Assembly (NCBI RefSeq): GCF_030684315.1 | Contig: NC_081362.1 | Span: 15,742,589 to 15,806,588, forward strand | Length of the DNA: 64,000 nucleotides | DNA from: Stegostoma tigrinum | Lineage: Eukaryota | Direction of reading: 5' to 3' | Shown here: positions 11,901 through 24,659 of the stretch, in pieces | How the letters are laid out: each line of letters opens with the position of its first letter | Numbering within the stretch: the first letter of the stretch is position 1 | Position numbers and translations under genes: made by a program | The notes under the pieces: model-generated | The model's input: the letters and a program-made list of their open reading frames with translations, nothing else | Told to the model about the DNA's origin: nothing | The model's database searches: none

Positions 11901-14823
11901 TGGCAACAATGAAGCATATTCTGATGGAAGATCAGTATGACTTGTGATTTGACTTTTGTTTCTCTCCACAGGTCATGCCAAGCTAGCTGAATATTTTTAG
12001 CATTTTCTTTTTGCTTCTATTTGGGATTTTGAAGGATATGGAAAAAGATCAGTTTGAGATGTCTGTATAGCCTATGGAGATACAAATTCACTGGTGTGAG
12101 TTAGAGGAGCTGAATGGCTGTCCTTGTACTTCAGTATTCTGTCAGTTGTTTTGATATAGGAGTTTGAGGCTGGAGATGAGAGCATGTTGGTCCTGTCCAC
12201 TAACAAACTTTGTCAAGTACTCTGCCTAAGAGAGACACTGAAAACATCACAAGAAGCATTATTCAAATCAAGGTTCAACTTTGGTTTTATTGTGTCAAGT
12301 GTCTTTCAAAAAAAACTTCTCTCTCAAGGAAAAATTAACAATGCCTGTTCAGTTTCAGATTTAAGAATCTGTTATTTTTATGTATGAAAGTTGGCACATC
12401 ACATTATACTGTCAGCCTTCAAGAATAAACAGCAAGGAATCCCTTTGAAGTATGGTTTTCAAAACTGCAATGTATTTATTTTACAGTACACTACCACAAC
12501 ATCTTTGGAGAGATGCGTGATATAAAATGCTGTCACATTTGTTACACACCAACATGCAAAGATGAATGGGCAATATTTTGAAAAAAGTAGAACGTAGCCA
12601 TTGCAGTATCATGGGTGTTTATCAGACTGTAGTCAGAGCAGTGTTTTGGTATAGTTCTTGTGAACAGGACAGGAAAGCCATTCAGCCCCTTGAGTCTGCC
12701 CTGTTTTTTTTTCAGTCAGATGGTGACTGATCTGTTCCTTCCAACTTCACTTTCCCATCTTTATTGCCTATCAAAAAGTCTAACCATCTGGCCCTTGAAG
12801 TCCACAGTTGACCCATTCAGTGTCTGCAGCCTTCTGGGGGCCAAGAACTCCAGATTTTCACACGTTTTTGAGAAAACTGCTTCCAAATGATACTCTTAAA
12901 TGGCCCCGCTCAAAATGTAAAGTGATGCCCACCTTGGTCTTTAACGGTTTTTCTCCATCTACCCTGTCAAGCACCTTATGATAAACACATTCAATAGATT
13001 AGCTACATAAACTCAGAAATACGAGCTAACATCGTGCAACTGAGAATTTAACCCTTTATGCCCAGCATCATTCCGGTTAATGTGTTACACCAAATTCAAG
13101 GCCAGTATGTCCTTCCTCTGGTGTAGGACCCAATTCTCTAGATGTGCTCTAATCAGAGCTCCATCTGGAACTTAATAACTTTAATAACCACTCTTTTGTA
13201 TTCAGTCTTCTAGAGATGCCCACCATTTAGCATTTATGCTTTTACATATCTGTGTACCTGCTTTTAGTAATCTCTGTATGGAGACACACTCCGTAGCCCT
13301 TACAGTGATACATGACCTTGGCTGTCAGCCCTGAGTATTTGCACAGCTTTCCTGCTGCTGAAGCAAAGGCTGAGAAGGATCTCAATATTCAGAGCATTGG
13401 CCCAGATCTTCTGGTAAGAAGCTGTAGATTGCAGCAACATAGACAGAAATTGTTTTGGAATCATGTGGACATCCTGATGTAGCTAGCTGCAGCAGAACTG
13501 CCTACAAAGTTGAACCTTCCAATGGGCAATTGCCTAATGTTTGCTAAAGTACCCAACTCTAAGTTAGAGTCGGTCACTCTGGAGGGATCTGATTGATCTA
13601 CTTCAGTGTGCCTGGAAAAACTGTGGAATTAAAACTACTGTAACTCCTGGCTATCTATAAAATGGCTACCCCCATCCAAGAGGCCTGACCTGTAACTCGC
13701 CAACTCCTTTCAGTCCACCAAACTCTTCTCCCGTCTGACTACTATGCCCGTCCCATCCACCCCACACCCTGATGGTGCCCTGCAACTCCATGTGACCTGT
13801 CCTTTCCTAGGACATCACCCACTTAGCAAGCACCTGTGATTTCTACCTCTCCTTTCCTTTCTTTTACCACCACCATCACCATCACCACCTCCTCCTGGCA
13901 GCTGTCAGTGGTTCACGGGCTTCTAAACTATAACACATTGTACTTTATGCAGAAAAGTGGTGCATGGTTTCAGTGCCTATCCTGTCCGGTGCTACCTGTG
14001 AAGATTGCTAAACTTATCTATGCTGCTTTAACTAGTGAAGGACTGGAAATTCATAAATGCACCAAAGATGAATCTGTGCTTTTTAGACTGATCTGTGTTA
14101 GATATGGGATTTCTGACAGAGTGACGGATTCAGGCCAGTATTGTGGAACACTTCTATTTCCGTTGGGGAATGGTAATAGAGTGCTTCCCAGTACTACCTG
14201 CTGGCTGGATCCTGGTTGCACGTCAGAGTCAGATGTGGGCACCTTTATCTCCGTGCAGTAGTACAGATTGGGATTGGCTTTAAATCTAGCTTTCTGTACA
14301 CTGAGACCTTCAATAATTGTGTTATCTTATTGACCAGTGTCAGCTGTAATGTAGCCCTCGAACCTCTGCTCTACAATAGTGCCAGCATTGAAAATATAAT
14401 CTGACTCTTGATTTAATGAACCGCACAGCCTGAAATGTACATCGGACAGAAGAAATCATGTGATTTTGAAGGACTGACAGTCTGGAGATTAGTATTGAAG
14501 CTTATGTTCTCAAGCCCTCCCTTCACCAGCAAACATGCTACCTCTGACTGCTTTGAATGTGTTTCCACAGCAGCCCCTTCCCTGATCCACATTCTCCTAC
14601 TACTCCCTCTTGATTCTGCTTTACACAGTGGGCTAACGATGTGAAAGTGGCTCTTTGCTGTCTTATTCTCTTTAAATCTGTGATGTTCCTGCCATACCAT
14701 TGGAACCAATGTGATCAGAATCTCTGTTAGACTCTGCTCTAGGTTTGGCTCATTAGGTGTTTTCCTAATGCTAATGGAACAATGCTAAAACTGTACAATT
14801 ATTGATACATCTATTTATTTCAG

Positions 14824-14908
14824 GCGGACAATGGGATGCCAGTCCATTTAAAAGGTGGTGTGATGGATGCTTTGCTGTACAGGCTAACCATGAGCCTCAC
14901 TGTTGTGG
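14824..14908 (+). CDS. cox7a2: COX7A coding exon 3, ADNGMPVHLKGGVMDALLYRLTMSLTVV(G)
   Basis: Acceptor tttattttcag, 85-nt exon, donor G|GTAAGG (phase 1). Contains the PVHLKGG..D.LLYR.TM COX7A motif. Confidence 0.95.
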
Positions 14909-15258
14909 GTAAGGCTTTCTTGGTACTCATTTTAAAACCTGATCTTTCTGCATGTCTTATTTGGTAAAGGCATTATGTCCCTATTCAGTGACTCCTCCTG
15001 GATGTAGAAGTGACGTGGCTGTCAGGTCAGAGCCACATGGGTATGGGCAATGAATGTGCCCCTACCAAATGACCAGGCAGTTCCTAATTTAAGTTCAACC
15101 ATGAAGAATAACTAGATTCTTGTGTCCGCTTGAGTGTCCACTTTGTGAAGGAGTTGCGTTTATGAAGAGAGAGAATTTAACTTACTGAGTGAAATGTCTG
15201 TTTGAATACAGATTTTTGATATGCCTATTTTGTGTAGCTTAGCCATGGCAAAGTAGAA

Positions 15259-15567
15259 TTATAGTTCTCCTATGGTGTGGAAGCAGGTCATTCAACCCAT
15301 CAAGTCCTCGCTGACCCTCTACAAGCATCCCACTCACACCTGTACATTTCCCATAGCTAATCCACCTACCCTGCACAACCCTGGACATTATGGACAATTT
15401 AACATTATTAACCCACCTAGCCCCCACATCTTTGGACTGTGGGAGGACACCAGAGACACAGGGAGAATGTACAAACTCAGTACAAACAGTTGCCTGAGAC
15501 TGAAATCAAACCTGGGTCCCTGGTGCTGTGAAGCAGCAATGCTAACCACTGAGCCACAATGCTGCCC
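15259..15567 (-). mobile_element. HE1-type SINE (COX7A intron 3)
   Basis: Reverse complement of the 8218 copy. Confidence 0.8.
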
Positions 15568-16174
15568 TAGAAGCACAGTAGGAACAAAAGATTTGGTCCC
15601 TGCTAGCCAGAATTTCATGAACTTGTTCAAGGTCCACTCTAGGTATCTGCTGTTTTTCCTGATTAGCTGCTGGTTTATGCCTGGGCAGACAGTGGAAGAG
15701 TTAGAATTGCTTCTGAAACCAGTTTTTGGAAAGAGGATAAAATAAAGCTAGCAGTACATTGAGACCTCCAATGTGAAATGTTGGAGGTAATTGAGGGAGT
15801 GGGCACTAGTTCATGCTAGGAATCCCAACACTACTGACAGTCTGCTTTGTAGACCCAGTCAGTGAGACTGATGCTTCATCACAAGGTAGGATGGGGGCTG
15901 AGAGGGTCTGTTCTCAGCTACACTTGTTCTACACTCAAAGGACTGGTAGTGCTTTGGGACCCATGGTGTAATTTGGTAAATATTAGAGAACTCAGGTTTA
16001 TAAAATAGAGGGAAATGCCAGGAATTGCTGACATGAAAGCAGAAACTGGAAAACTTGACAAGTCAATTTACACAAGTGCATGTAAATAATTCTGTTGGGA
16101 AAACACCATGGTATTGCTGATTTTTCTTTTAAATGCTTGAATATAATCACAGTAATCTTTTTCCTCCTTTCCAG

Positions 16175-16230
16175 GTACAGTCTATGTTCTGTATGAACTC
16201 TTCGACATTGCCCTGCCCAAGAAGAAGTAA
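16175..16230 (+). CDS. cox7a2: COX7A coding exon 4, (G)TVYVLYELFDIALPKKK-stop
   Basis: Acceptor ttcctcctttccag, phase-1 join, ends in tandem TAATAA. Completes the transmembrane helix and a PKK tail as in COX7A2. Confidence 0.93.
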
Positions 16231-16386
16231 TAATTATGGCTTCCAGCCATTGTGAACCCTTTGTTTCATTCCACAACCCTGTCTGAATGTTAAACTGTAA
16301 ATTATCAGGGACCTTACTTTACAAGTGTCTGTTCACTGCTTATGGGAACAGTCTTTATTTGATAATGAAGCTTACAAAACTGAAAA

Positions 16387-16392
16387 AATAAA
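16387..16392 (+). terminator. Polyadenylation signal of COX7A
   Basis: AATAAA ~157 nt after the stop codon, followed by a U/GU-rich tract (tctcttgtgtctcttt). Confidence 0.7.
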
Positions 16393-16834
16393 GTGATTTA
16401 TCTCTTGTGTCTCTTTCCAGAGTGTTTTGTTTCTGAGCCCGTTAGGACGATCTAGATATTTGGCAATGAATTGTAGTGAAAATGTTTCGTCTTTCCTTGT
16501 GGGCACACGCTCCAGGTTAATTCTTCCAATGTAAGCTTTTTTTAAAGCTTTCTTTTTCTTGCTGACTGCAGTTGACACAAAGCATTACAGCTTGAATTTG
16601 GATCTGGGACTGTAAACTGTCAGCATAAGCCACCCAAGACTTGTTTGGCTTTGTAAACAGTTGCCTAATATAAGCAACAGGTAGCTAATCTGAACGGTGA
16701 AATGTGAAATCTCCTTAACATTCAGCCACACTCCTCTCAGTTAATTCTTGACTTGCCAACCACAATGGATCTGTTGAACTTCACTTACACAGTTTATGCA
16801 TGGCAGCAGGAGGGTGCTAGGAGTAGTGATAAAT

Positions 16835-17560
16835 AGTTAGAGTTGTACAGTTTGGAAACAGAAGAAACAGACCCTCCTGTCCAACTTGTCTGTGCTGACT
16901 AAGTCACACAGCACAAAAACAGACCCTTCGGTCCAACCAGTCCCATGCCAACCATAATCCCAAACTAAACTAGTCCCGTCTGCATGCGCTTGGGCCATAT
17001 CCCTCCAAACATTTCTTTATTCATGTACTTTTAACTGAAATGTCTTTTAAACATTGCAACTGTGCCTAAAAAATATGGCCTCTAGTCTTGAAATACCCCA
17101 CCCTAGGGAAAAGGCACTTGCCGTTTACCTTGTCTATACCCCTCATGATTTTATAAACGTCTATAAGCTTACCCCTCTTCCTCCTGTGAAAAACGCCCGA
17201 GCCACTCCTGATAACTCAAACCCTCCAGTCCTGGCAATGTCCTAGCAAATCTCTTCTGACCCCTCTCCCTGTTGTAGAAAGGATATTGTTCCAGAAGAGG
17301 TCTCTCCAACATCCTGCACAATGTCAACACGACATTCCAACTCCTATATTGGAAGTGTTGAAGCAATGAAGGCAAGTGTGCTGAATGCCTTTTTAACTAC
17401 CCTTTCTATATGTAATGCAGACTTCAAAGAATTAGTGCTTTAACCCCTAGTTTCCCAAACTGAACTAGTCCCACTTGCCTGTGATTTTTATCCCTATCCC
17501 TCTAAACCTTTCCTTTTCATGTACCTGTCCAAATGTCTTAAATGTTGTAACTGTATCAAA
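16835..17560 (-). mobile_element. Nested CR1 (HER1-like) 3' fragments
   Basis: gaaacagacccttcggtccaac tail; ORF 17169-17375 is a decayed CR1 C-terminus. Confidence 0.75.
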
Positions 17561-19897
17561 TTAATATATAAACCCAGTGCAACATGATATCAGTTATTCT
17601 TCAGGTAAACAACTGTCAAAAGAATGAGGTAAAAAAGATTTGTTCCAACTGATACATGAATGGACATTGAGCAATATTAACTGATTAAATCATTAATACA
17701 TTTTAACATAGTGAATAATTTGAATAGTAATAATATTCATGAAGTAAGATATATGAAGATATTTTCTAGGGGTAGTTCTGGGAACTGCTGGCTTTCTTGA
17801 TAAAGTCCTGCCTGCCCAAGTAGGTTTATTTCAAAACTTGATGATGGCACAAAGGTTGGAACTGAAGTAAGCTATGAGAAGCATAGTGGAAGAGTTCAAA
17901 AGGACATTGGGGTCGGTGGAATGGGTGGGTGCATGACAGATCAGATTTGATTTTGGTGGGAAGAACGTAGAGAGGCAATATAGCAGATACAATTCTGAGA
18001 GCAGGGAGCAAGAACATATGTGGCTCAATAGGGATATAAGACTTTTTTGCTTTATAAAATGTGATTTTTTAAAAGAAAGTAATGGTGATTTGAAAGAGGT
18101 TTTCAAAATCATGGGGATTGTAGACAGGACAGATAGAAAGTATTTCTATTTGGATAAGGGTTCAGAACTAGAGATAACGGACTTAGTATTTGGCACAAGG
18201 TCCCTAAGGGATGTTTTAATGAACATATAGTTGGTGTGATAGGTTGGGTTGTGCACCCTGAAAGATTCAGCATTCATTTTCATTTGGGAATTGGATAAGC
18301 ATTTGAAGAGAAAATATTTGCAGTGGAAAGGGACTGGAGCTACTCGAATTGCTCATGCAAAGAATAGGATCGATTCTCCTTCAATTCCAACCTCTGCTTC
18401 CTCATCGGAAGTTTTCACTTCAGAAAACAAAAGTTCTTAAGCTAGGCCAGAAGCATCCCTTTTTTTGCCAATTTTTTTGAAGCTGAAGTATTGCTTCCAC
18501 CAATCTGGACTAGAACGAGCTATCAATAAACCTCGATGCAAACATTCACCGGCAGACAAACACTCTAGTATGTTTACTGTCAATAAACCACAAGTCCTGT
18601 GCTCTGTTATGAACGTTGCACTGTCAATCCTTCTTATCTCATTCACTGTCACTCTCTTTACCAATAGCTGATAAGCTTTCTGCCCAAACAAACTATTTGA
18701 GAGTGGAATTTACACTGTTGTGTCCTCCCATGCACTTGCTCACTCCATGAAAATCTGATTGAATGGATACAGGAACGTAGAAAGACTTCCAACATGCTTT
18801 GATTTAGTGGTTAGTCTAGTCTCGAAGTCAGAAGATTTATAATGCAGAGACTAGAATCCTTAATTCTCTGTGGTATTGAGGGAATACTGAAGGTTTAACT
18901 TTCCAAGACTCAACGTTACATTAGAAAAGAGATTTGACCAGAATGGTTCCAGTGGTGAAGGATTTTAGTTACAAAGTTAGGTTGGGAAATCTGGGCTTGT
19001 TTTCCTTAGAGCAAAGGATTTAGAAGTGAGATTTGATCAATTGTTACAAGATTATGATTATGGATAAGATAGATAAGGAAATGAAATGCTATTCCCATTA
19101 GTTGATGGTACAAGGACTAAGGGACACATTACAATTCAAAGCAAGAGATGCAGTGGAAATGCGTGTAAGTGATTTTACACAATCTAATGGCTTGGAACAC
19201 AACTCCAAGGCAGTTGTAAGTAGAGACATCAAATTATCCCAAAAGGAAACTCAGTGTGAAATAAACTTGCCAGACAATGAGAATGGAGCAGGTCTGTGGG
19301 ACTAATAGGATTACTCCACGAACAGCCAGTATAGACTCAATAGGCCGATAGCCTCCTTTATAAAATGATCAATTTTTCTGATCAATTTCTTGTTTCTGTT
19401 TGTGGGGACTACCTGTGTACAATTTGACTGCGACATTTCTTAAATCACTGCACCTCAACAAATATTTTGCAGGCTGTGAAATGTCCTGAGGCGTTCCCCC
19501 TTTCTTGGGTAATGTACAATCAGGTAAAGTCACCATAGTCCACATGGTTGTTCTCTCATTAGAAAGAGATGACTGGTGGTGATTTACTCCAAGAGCCGCC
19601 AGGCCTCCGGTAAGGAGCAAGGTCAAGAAGATGAGTCCTTTGTGGTAACTTCAGCTGGTGCAGGAGCTGAGCCCATGCTGTTGGCATCTCGAACTAGCCA
19701 TCCCTATTCAACCAATGCTGTTGCTGTTGTTCTACTGCCTATTTCTTAAGCAATGTGTCCTTTGTTTACAAGTTCAAAATGCATTTATTTCCGGCCACTG
19801 AACTTTTAAAGAAGATTTGGATCACAAAATCTTCACAGTGACTTCCCCAGAGTGTGTTGGAGGTAAACTGGGCCAAGGATTTCATGAGGGAGTTGGA

Positions 19898-21110
19898 CCT
19901 GGCCAAGATGGTGGCGGAGTAGGACGCTTCAGCTGGAGCTCATCTGCTCCACCTGTTCTTTTCCTTTTTCTTTTTTTTGCCACCTTGCATTCTTTTTCCT
20001 TCTTCTCTCCCTGCCTCCAATCCCTGACCTCTGCACGACTCCCGACCTCCATTCAACTCCCAGCCTCAGTGCAGACATAATGTGGTGTCCTCCCACCCTG
20101 GCATGGTGTCCTATCAACCCAGCGTGGGCTGACCATGGTCTCCATCTTGAGGCGATTCTAGATCTCCCAACCTCATGAACCTCAAGGTGAAGCTCAGAGT
20201 GGTCTGAATCCAAGTCCAAATGTGGTCTGGAGGGTAGATGTCAGTGCAAACTGGAGGGTAGGTGCCAATGTGGCCTGGAGGGTAGGTACGAGTGTGGCCT
20301 GGAGGGTAGGTACGAGTGTGGTCTGGAGGGTAGGTACCAGTGAGGTCTGGAGGTTAGGTTCCAGTGTGGCCTGGGGCGTAGGTACAAGTGTGGTCTGGAG
20401 GGTCGGTGCCAGTGTGGTCTGGAGGGTAGGTGCCAGTGTGGCCTGGGGCGTAGGTACAAGTGTGGTCTGGAAGGTAGGTGCCAGTGTTGTCTGGAAGGTA
20501 GGTACAAGTGTGGTCTGGAGGGTAGGTGCCAATGTGGTCTGGAGGGTAGGTGCCAGTGTGGTCTGGAGAGTAGGTGCCAGTGTGGTCTGGAGGGTAGGTG
20601 CCAGTGTTGTCTTGAGGGTAGGTGCCAGTGCGGTCTGGAGGGTAGGTGCCAGTGCAGTCTGGAGAGTAGGTGCCAGTGCTGTCTGGAGGGTAGGTGCCAG
20701 TGTGGTCTGGAGGGTAGGTGCCAGTGCAGTCTGGAGGGTGGGAGCCAATGCAGTCTGGAGGGTAGGAGCCAGTGTGGTCTGGAGGGTAGGTGCCAGTGTG
20801 GTCTTGAGGGTAGGTACCAGTGTTGTCCGGAGGGTAGGTGCCAGTGTTGTCTGGAGGGTAGGTGCCAGTGTGGTCTGGAGGGTAGGTGCTAGTGTGGTCT
20901 GGGTTGGAAGACCATTGTTCTGAACATTTATTTCTGCAATGCTGGACTTCTTATTTCTCTATTCTCTAAGATCTTGTAACTGAAGAAGTCATACTGAGAT
21001 ACTTTTTTTTTACCTAAGATGATGCTGTAAGTGGTGATGTATAAACTTTTCACTGTGTACTCACTTAAGTACACCTCACAATCAAGCTAAGTCAATGAAG
21101 CTAACTCAGC
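19898..21110 (+). mobile_element. Putative non-autonomous element carrying the 24-bp minisatellite, inserted into an old CR1 fragment
   Basis: Begins CCAAGATGGTGGCGG, ends cactgtgtac..gtacac..caatcaagctaa; flanks read as a contiguous CR1 3' region. Confidence 0.45.
20222..20902. repeat. 24-bp minisatellite (TCTGGAGGGTAGGTGCCAGTGTGG), ~28 copies
   Basis: Tandem units visible directly; they produce 8-aa periodic ORFs on both strands. Confidence 0.95.
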
Positions 21111-21929
21111 TATGATCTGAAAATGAAGTACATGCAGTGTTATGGGTTGAAAGTAGGGGAATGGCATTAAGTGCATTACTCACTCAGAGAGACGATACAG
21201 ATGCGATGGACTAAATTGCCTTCTTCTTTCCTATAACAATTCTGTAAAATTATGATAGCACTGGTTGCAGTAACAGTATCGTATCCAGTCTGAAGCACCA
21301 CATTTCAGATAGGTGTGACAGCACTAAAGAGTGTACAGAAAAGATTCACTAGTGATGAGAACAAGAGTTACAGAAATAGATTGGAGAGCCTGGAACTTGG
21401 AGAAGAAAATGTTGAGAGGAGATTTAATAGAGGTATTAAAAATCACAAGGAGACAGTACAGAGGGAGAGTTAAATTTATTCTCACTGTTTCACCCCTTCT
21501 GTCCAGAACAGAGATGGTTTTGTTTTTTTTCTTATTTTCATTTCTCTTTTAAAAATAGATGGTGGTGTCTTTCCTGTTTGTGAAGTTCAATTTAAAATGA
21601 CTCATGCAAATACTTCAGGGTTAAAACAAAGTCAGTTTTATTTCTGCACTCAAACTCGGGGGTGTGGTTTGTGACACACATTTCTACACACAAGCATCCA
21701 AGAAATATAATTAAGATACAGGAAAGCAGAGAAGTTATAACTTACAACTTACTTGAAATCAAAGATCTCACAATTAGTTTTGTGTCCAGTAATAGTTGAT
21801 ACTCAGGTTCTTTCAGTTGGCTGTGCACAGAAATCTCTTTTGTAGGAGCTCAGGCTCAGCTTATTTGCTGATGAAGATGTAGGATTGTAAGCTGAGAATT
21901 GGTTCAGTTCGCAGACAAAACACAGGGTT

Positions 21930-22282
21930 AGAGTCAAAGAGATTTACCGCACACAGACACTTTGGTCCGACTTGTTCATGCTGACCGGATATCCTAAATT
22001 AATCTAGTCCCATTTACAAGCATTTGGCCCATATACTTCCTGTTCATGTACCCGTACAGAACCTTTTAAATGCTGCAACTGTCCCAGCCTCCACCACTTC
22101 CTCTGGCAGCTCATTACATACACCCACCACCCTGTGTGTGAAAAAGTTGCCCCTTAGGTCCCTTTTAAATCTTTCCCCTTCACCTTAAACTTATGCCCTA
22201 TAGTTTTGGATTCCCCACACCCTGGGAAAAAGACCTTGTCTATTCACCCTATCCATGACTCTCATGACTTCATAAACTTCTA
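21930..22282 (-). mobile_element. CR1 3' fragment
   Basis: Same tail family as 57380-57810. Confidence 0.75.
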
Positions 22283-22478
22283 AATTTGATTGGTTAGAGA
22301 AATTGAGATTAAAGACAGGATTTTATATAAATCTGAAGTTGCCTTCTCTTCTGGTGTCACAAATAGGCTGACAGACAAAGGTCAAAGCCACAAAGTTAAA
22401 GGTTGGCTCAAACAGACCAGCAGGTTCAGTAATGCAACTGGGGCTTGAGTTAAGACATTCAGCTAAGATGGTGTCTTT

Positions 22479-22747
22479 GATAACACAGTGTGGAGCTGGA
22501 GGAACTCAACAGGTCAGGCAGCATCAGGGGAGCAGGAAAGCTGACGTTTCAGGTTGGGACCCTTCTTCAAAAAGGTTTCTCTCCCTCTGTACCGTCTCCT
22601 TGTGATTTTTCTGTACACTATTTCTGAAGAAGGGTCCCGACCCAAAATGTCAGCTTTCCAGCTCCTCTGATGTTGCTGGCCTGCTGTGTTCCTCCAGCTC
22701 TACACTGTGTTATCTCAGATTCCAGCAATGGCAGTTCTTACTATCTC
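22479..22747. mobile_element. Penelope pLTR-derived fold-back element
   Basis: ~95-bp inverted arms, ~50-bp spacer, perfect 14-bp TSD ATGGTGTCTTTGAT (22468-22481, 22748-22761). Confidence 0.85.
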
Positions 22748-23399
22748 ATGGTGTCTTTGATGTTCTGTCTACAGAAACTAATATGTTTTCTAGTGGATAA
22801 CCGTGGAGACATTTGCACCAAGTCAAGCAACAATGGCTTTTGATGGTCTCCTTAGTTAAGAAATGGCTGGGGTTGACATCTTGTCTGCTAATCCTTTGTG
22901 TTGGCTCAGCACTAATATTCATACAATGCAAGGAGTATCACAGGAGGCGATGAGTTCACTTTTGTGCAAGTAATTGACAAAAATTTCTAGAATCAGTCAA
23001 CTTGTTGCTTCCGTGTTTGATAGCAGCCATTTCAAAATCTGGCAAGAGGCCATTTTTAAAAATAAATCAAACAAGGCAATATAGGTCTTAAAACAATTTA
23101 ATATCTTTCTATCTCCTGGGTATAACAGTAGGTAGAAGTTATTCTCATCAGTAGAAGGATTGAGGACCAGAGGATACAGATTTAAGGAAGTTGCAAACTA
23201 ATCATAGGGAGTGTTTAGGATCTCCAATGCATTGCCTGAAAGCAAATTCAGTCAGGGCATTCAACTGGGAATTGGATTATCTTCTGAAAAGGAAACAATA
23301 CGGAGCAATGAGAATGAAGCAGGAAGTTACATTAAGTGAATTACTCTTACAGATGCCTGGCATGAACACAATTGTGCAAATAGAAACATAGAGCAAGGA

Positions 23400-23611
23400 C
23401 AGTAGGAACTGCAGATGCTGGAGAATCTAAGATAACAAGGTGTGGAGCTGGATGAACACAGCAGGCCAAGCAGCATCAGAGGAGCAGGAAAGCCGGCGTT
23501 TTGGGGCCAAACCCTTCTTCTGAAGAAGGGTCCAGATCTGAAATGTCAGCTTTCCTGTTCCTCTGATGCTGCCTGGCCTGCTGTGTTCATCCAGCTCTAC
23601 ACCTTGTTATC
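23400..23611. mobile_element. Penelope pLTR-derived fold-back element
   Basis: Arms meet at cccttcttc-tgaagaaggg; perfect 13-bp TSD CATAGAGCAAGGA (23387-23399, 23611-23623). Confidence 0.85.
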
Positions 23612-23677
23612 ATAGAGCAAGGATTATTGATTTGGCCTTTTCTGCCATCCAAAATCAATCTCAACACTATAATTTAT

Positions 23678-23974
23678 GGGAGGCATGGTAGCTTAGTGGT
23701 TAGCATTCCTGCCTCACAGCACTAGGGACTGGAGTTTGATCCCAGCCTTGGGTGACCCTCTGTGTGGAGTTTGCACATTCTCCCTGTGTTTGCGTGGGTT
23801 TCCTCCCACAGTCCAAAGATGTGCACATTAGGCGGATTGGCCGTGCTAAACTGCCTTTAGCGACCAGGGATTAGCTATGGGAAAATGCAGGGATAGGGTA
23901 GGGTGCCATTCAGAGGGGTGATGTGGACTTGATGGGCTGAATGGACTGCTTCGACACTGTAGGGATTCTATTCT
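23678..23974 (+). mobile_element. HE1-type SINE
   Basis: A/B boxes, V-domain, gggattctat tail. Confidence 0.8.
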
Positions 23975-24233
23975 CACTCTAACCTTAGATGCTTTTCATA
24001 TTCAAAATTTTATTTGCTAACTTGAAATCCCTGCAGCTGGTCTGCGATCCCATTAGCCTGAGCTTCATGTAATATTATCATCAGTGAGATGACCACTACA
24101 CCACCCTCCCTCTTTGCCCAGCTGCTATGAGTTCTATGATTCTGCTCTTCAAGAACTGCAACTTTCACAAGCTGGTGCCCAGAACCTGCAGTTCAATGAG
24201 AGTACCTGAAGATGGCAGTATGGGCACACAGTT

Positions 24234-24359
24234 CTGAAGAAGGGTCTAGGCCCAAAACGCCCGCCTTCCTGCTCCTATGATGCTGCTTGGCCTGCTGTCT
24301 TCATCCAGCTCCTGTTATCTCAGATTCTCCAGCCTTACATTGGCAGTTCCTACTAGCTC
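24234..24359 (+). mobile_element. Single-arm Penelope pLTR copy
   Basis: Starts at CTGAAGA; TSD tggg(ca/tg)cacagttc (24221-24234, 24360-24373). Confidence 0.75.
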
Positions 24360-24659
24360 TGGGTGCACAGTTCGCTGCTGTTACAAATTAAATATGATGA
24401 TTTCAGCAGGTCCAGCAGCACCTCTGAAGAGGTAAACAGTCAGCATTTTAACTCTCCTTCAGAATCCCTTGCCTTCACATTGACCTTACTGGCTACTAAG
24501 GTCATGGTTCACAGGGTTTTTGTGGATCCTGCCCTCCTGCACAGCTCTGGAGGTGGAATGGTTACAGCAGACACCTCAAGATGCAGGAGGAGTACCACCA
24601 ACACTGCCCTCGCAAGACCCCGCAAATCCACTGGGAAAAATGACGTACCAGCACTAGGC

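Noticed and set aside
4478-16174. Intronic snoRNA or miRNA genes in COX7A
   Set aside because: No convincing C/D or H/ACA box arrangement with terminal stems was seen; an Infernal/Rfam scan would be needed.
20194-20923. Periodic ORFs (WRVGASVV)n and (APTLQTTL)n resembling mucin or antifreeze proteins
   Set aside because: Produced by a stop-free 24-bp minisatellite; no splice or promoter support.
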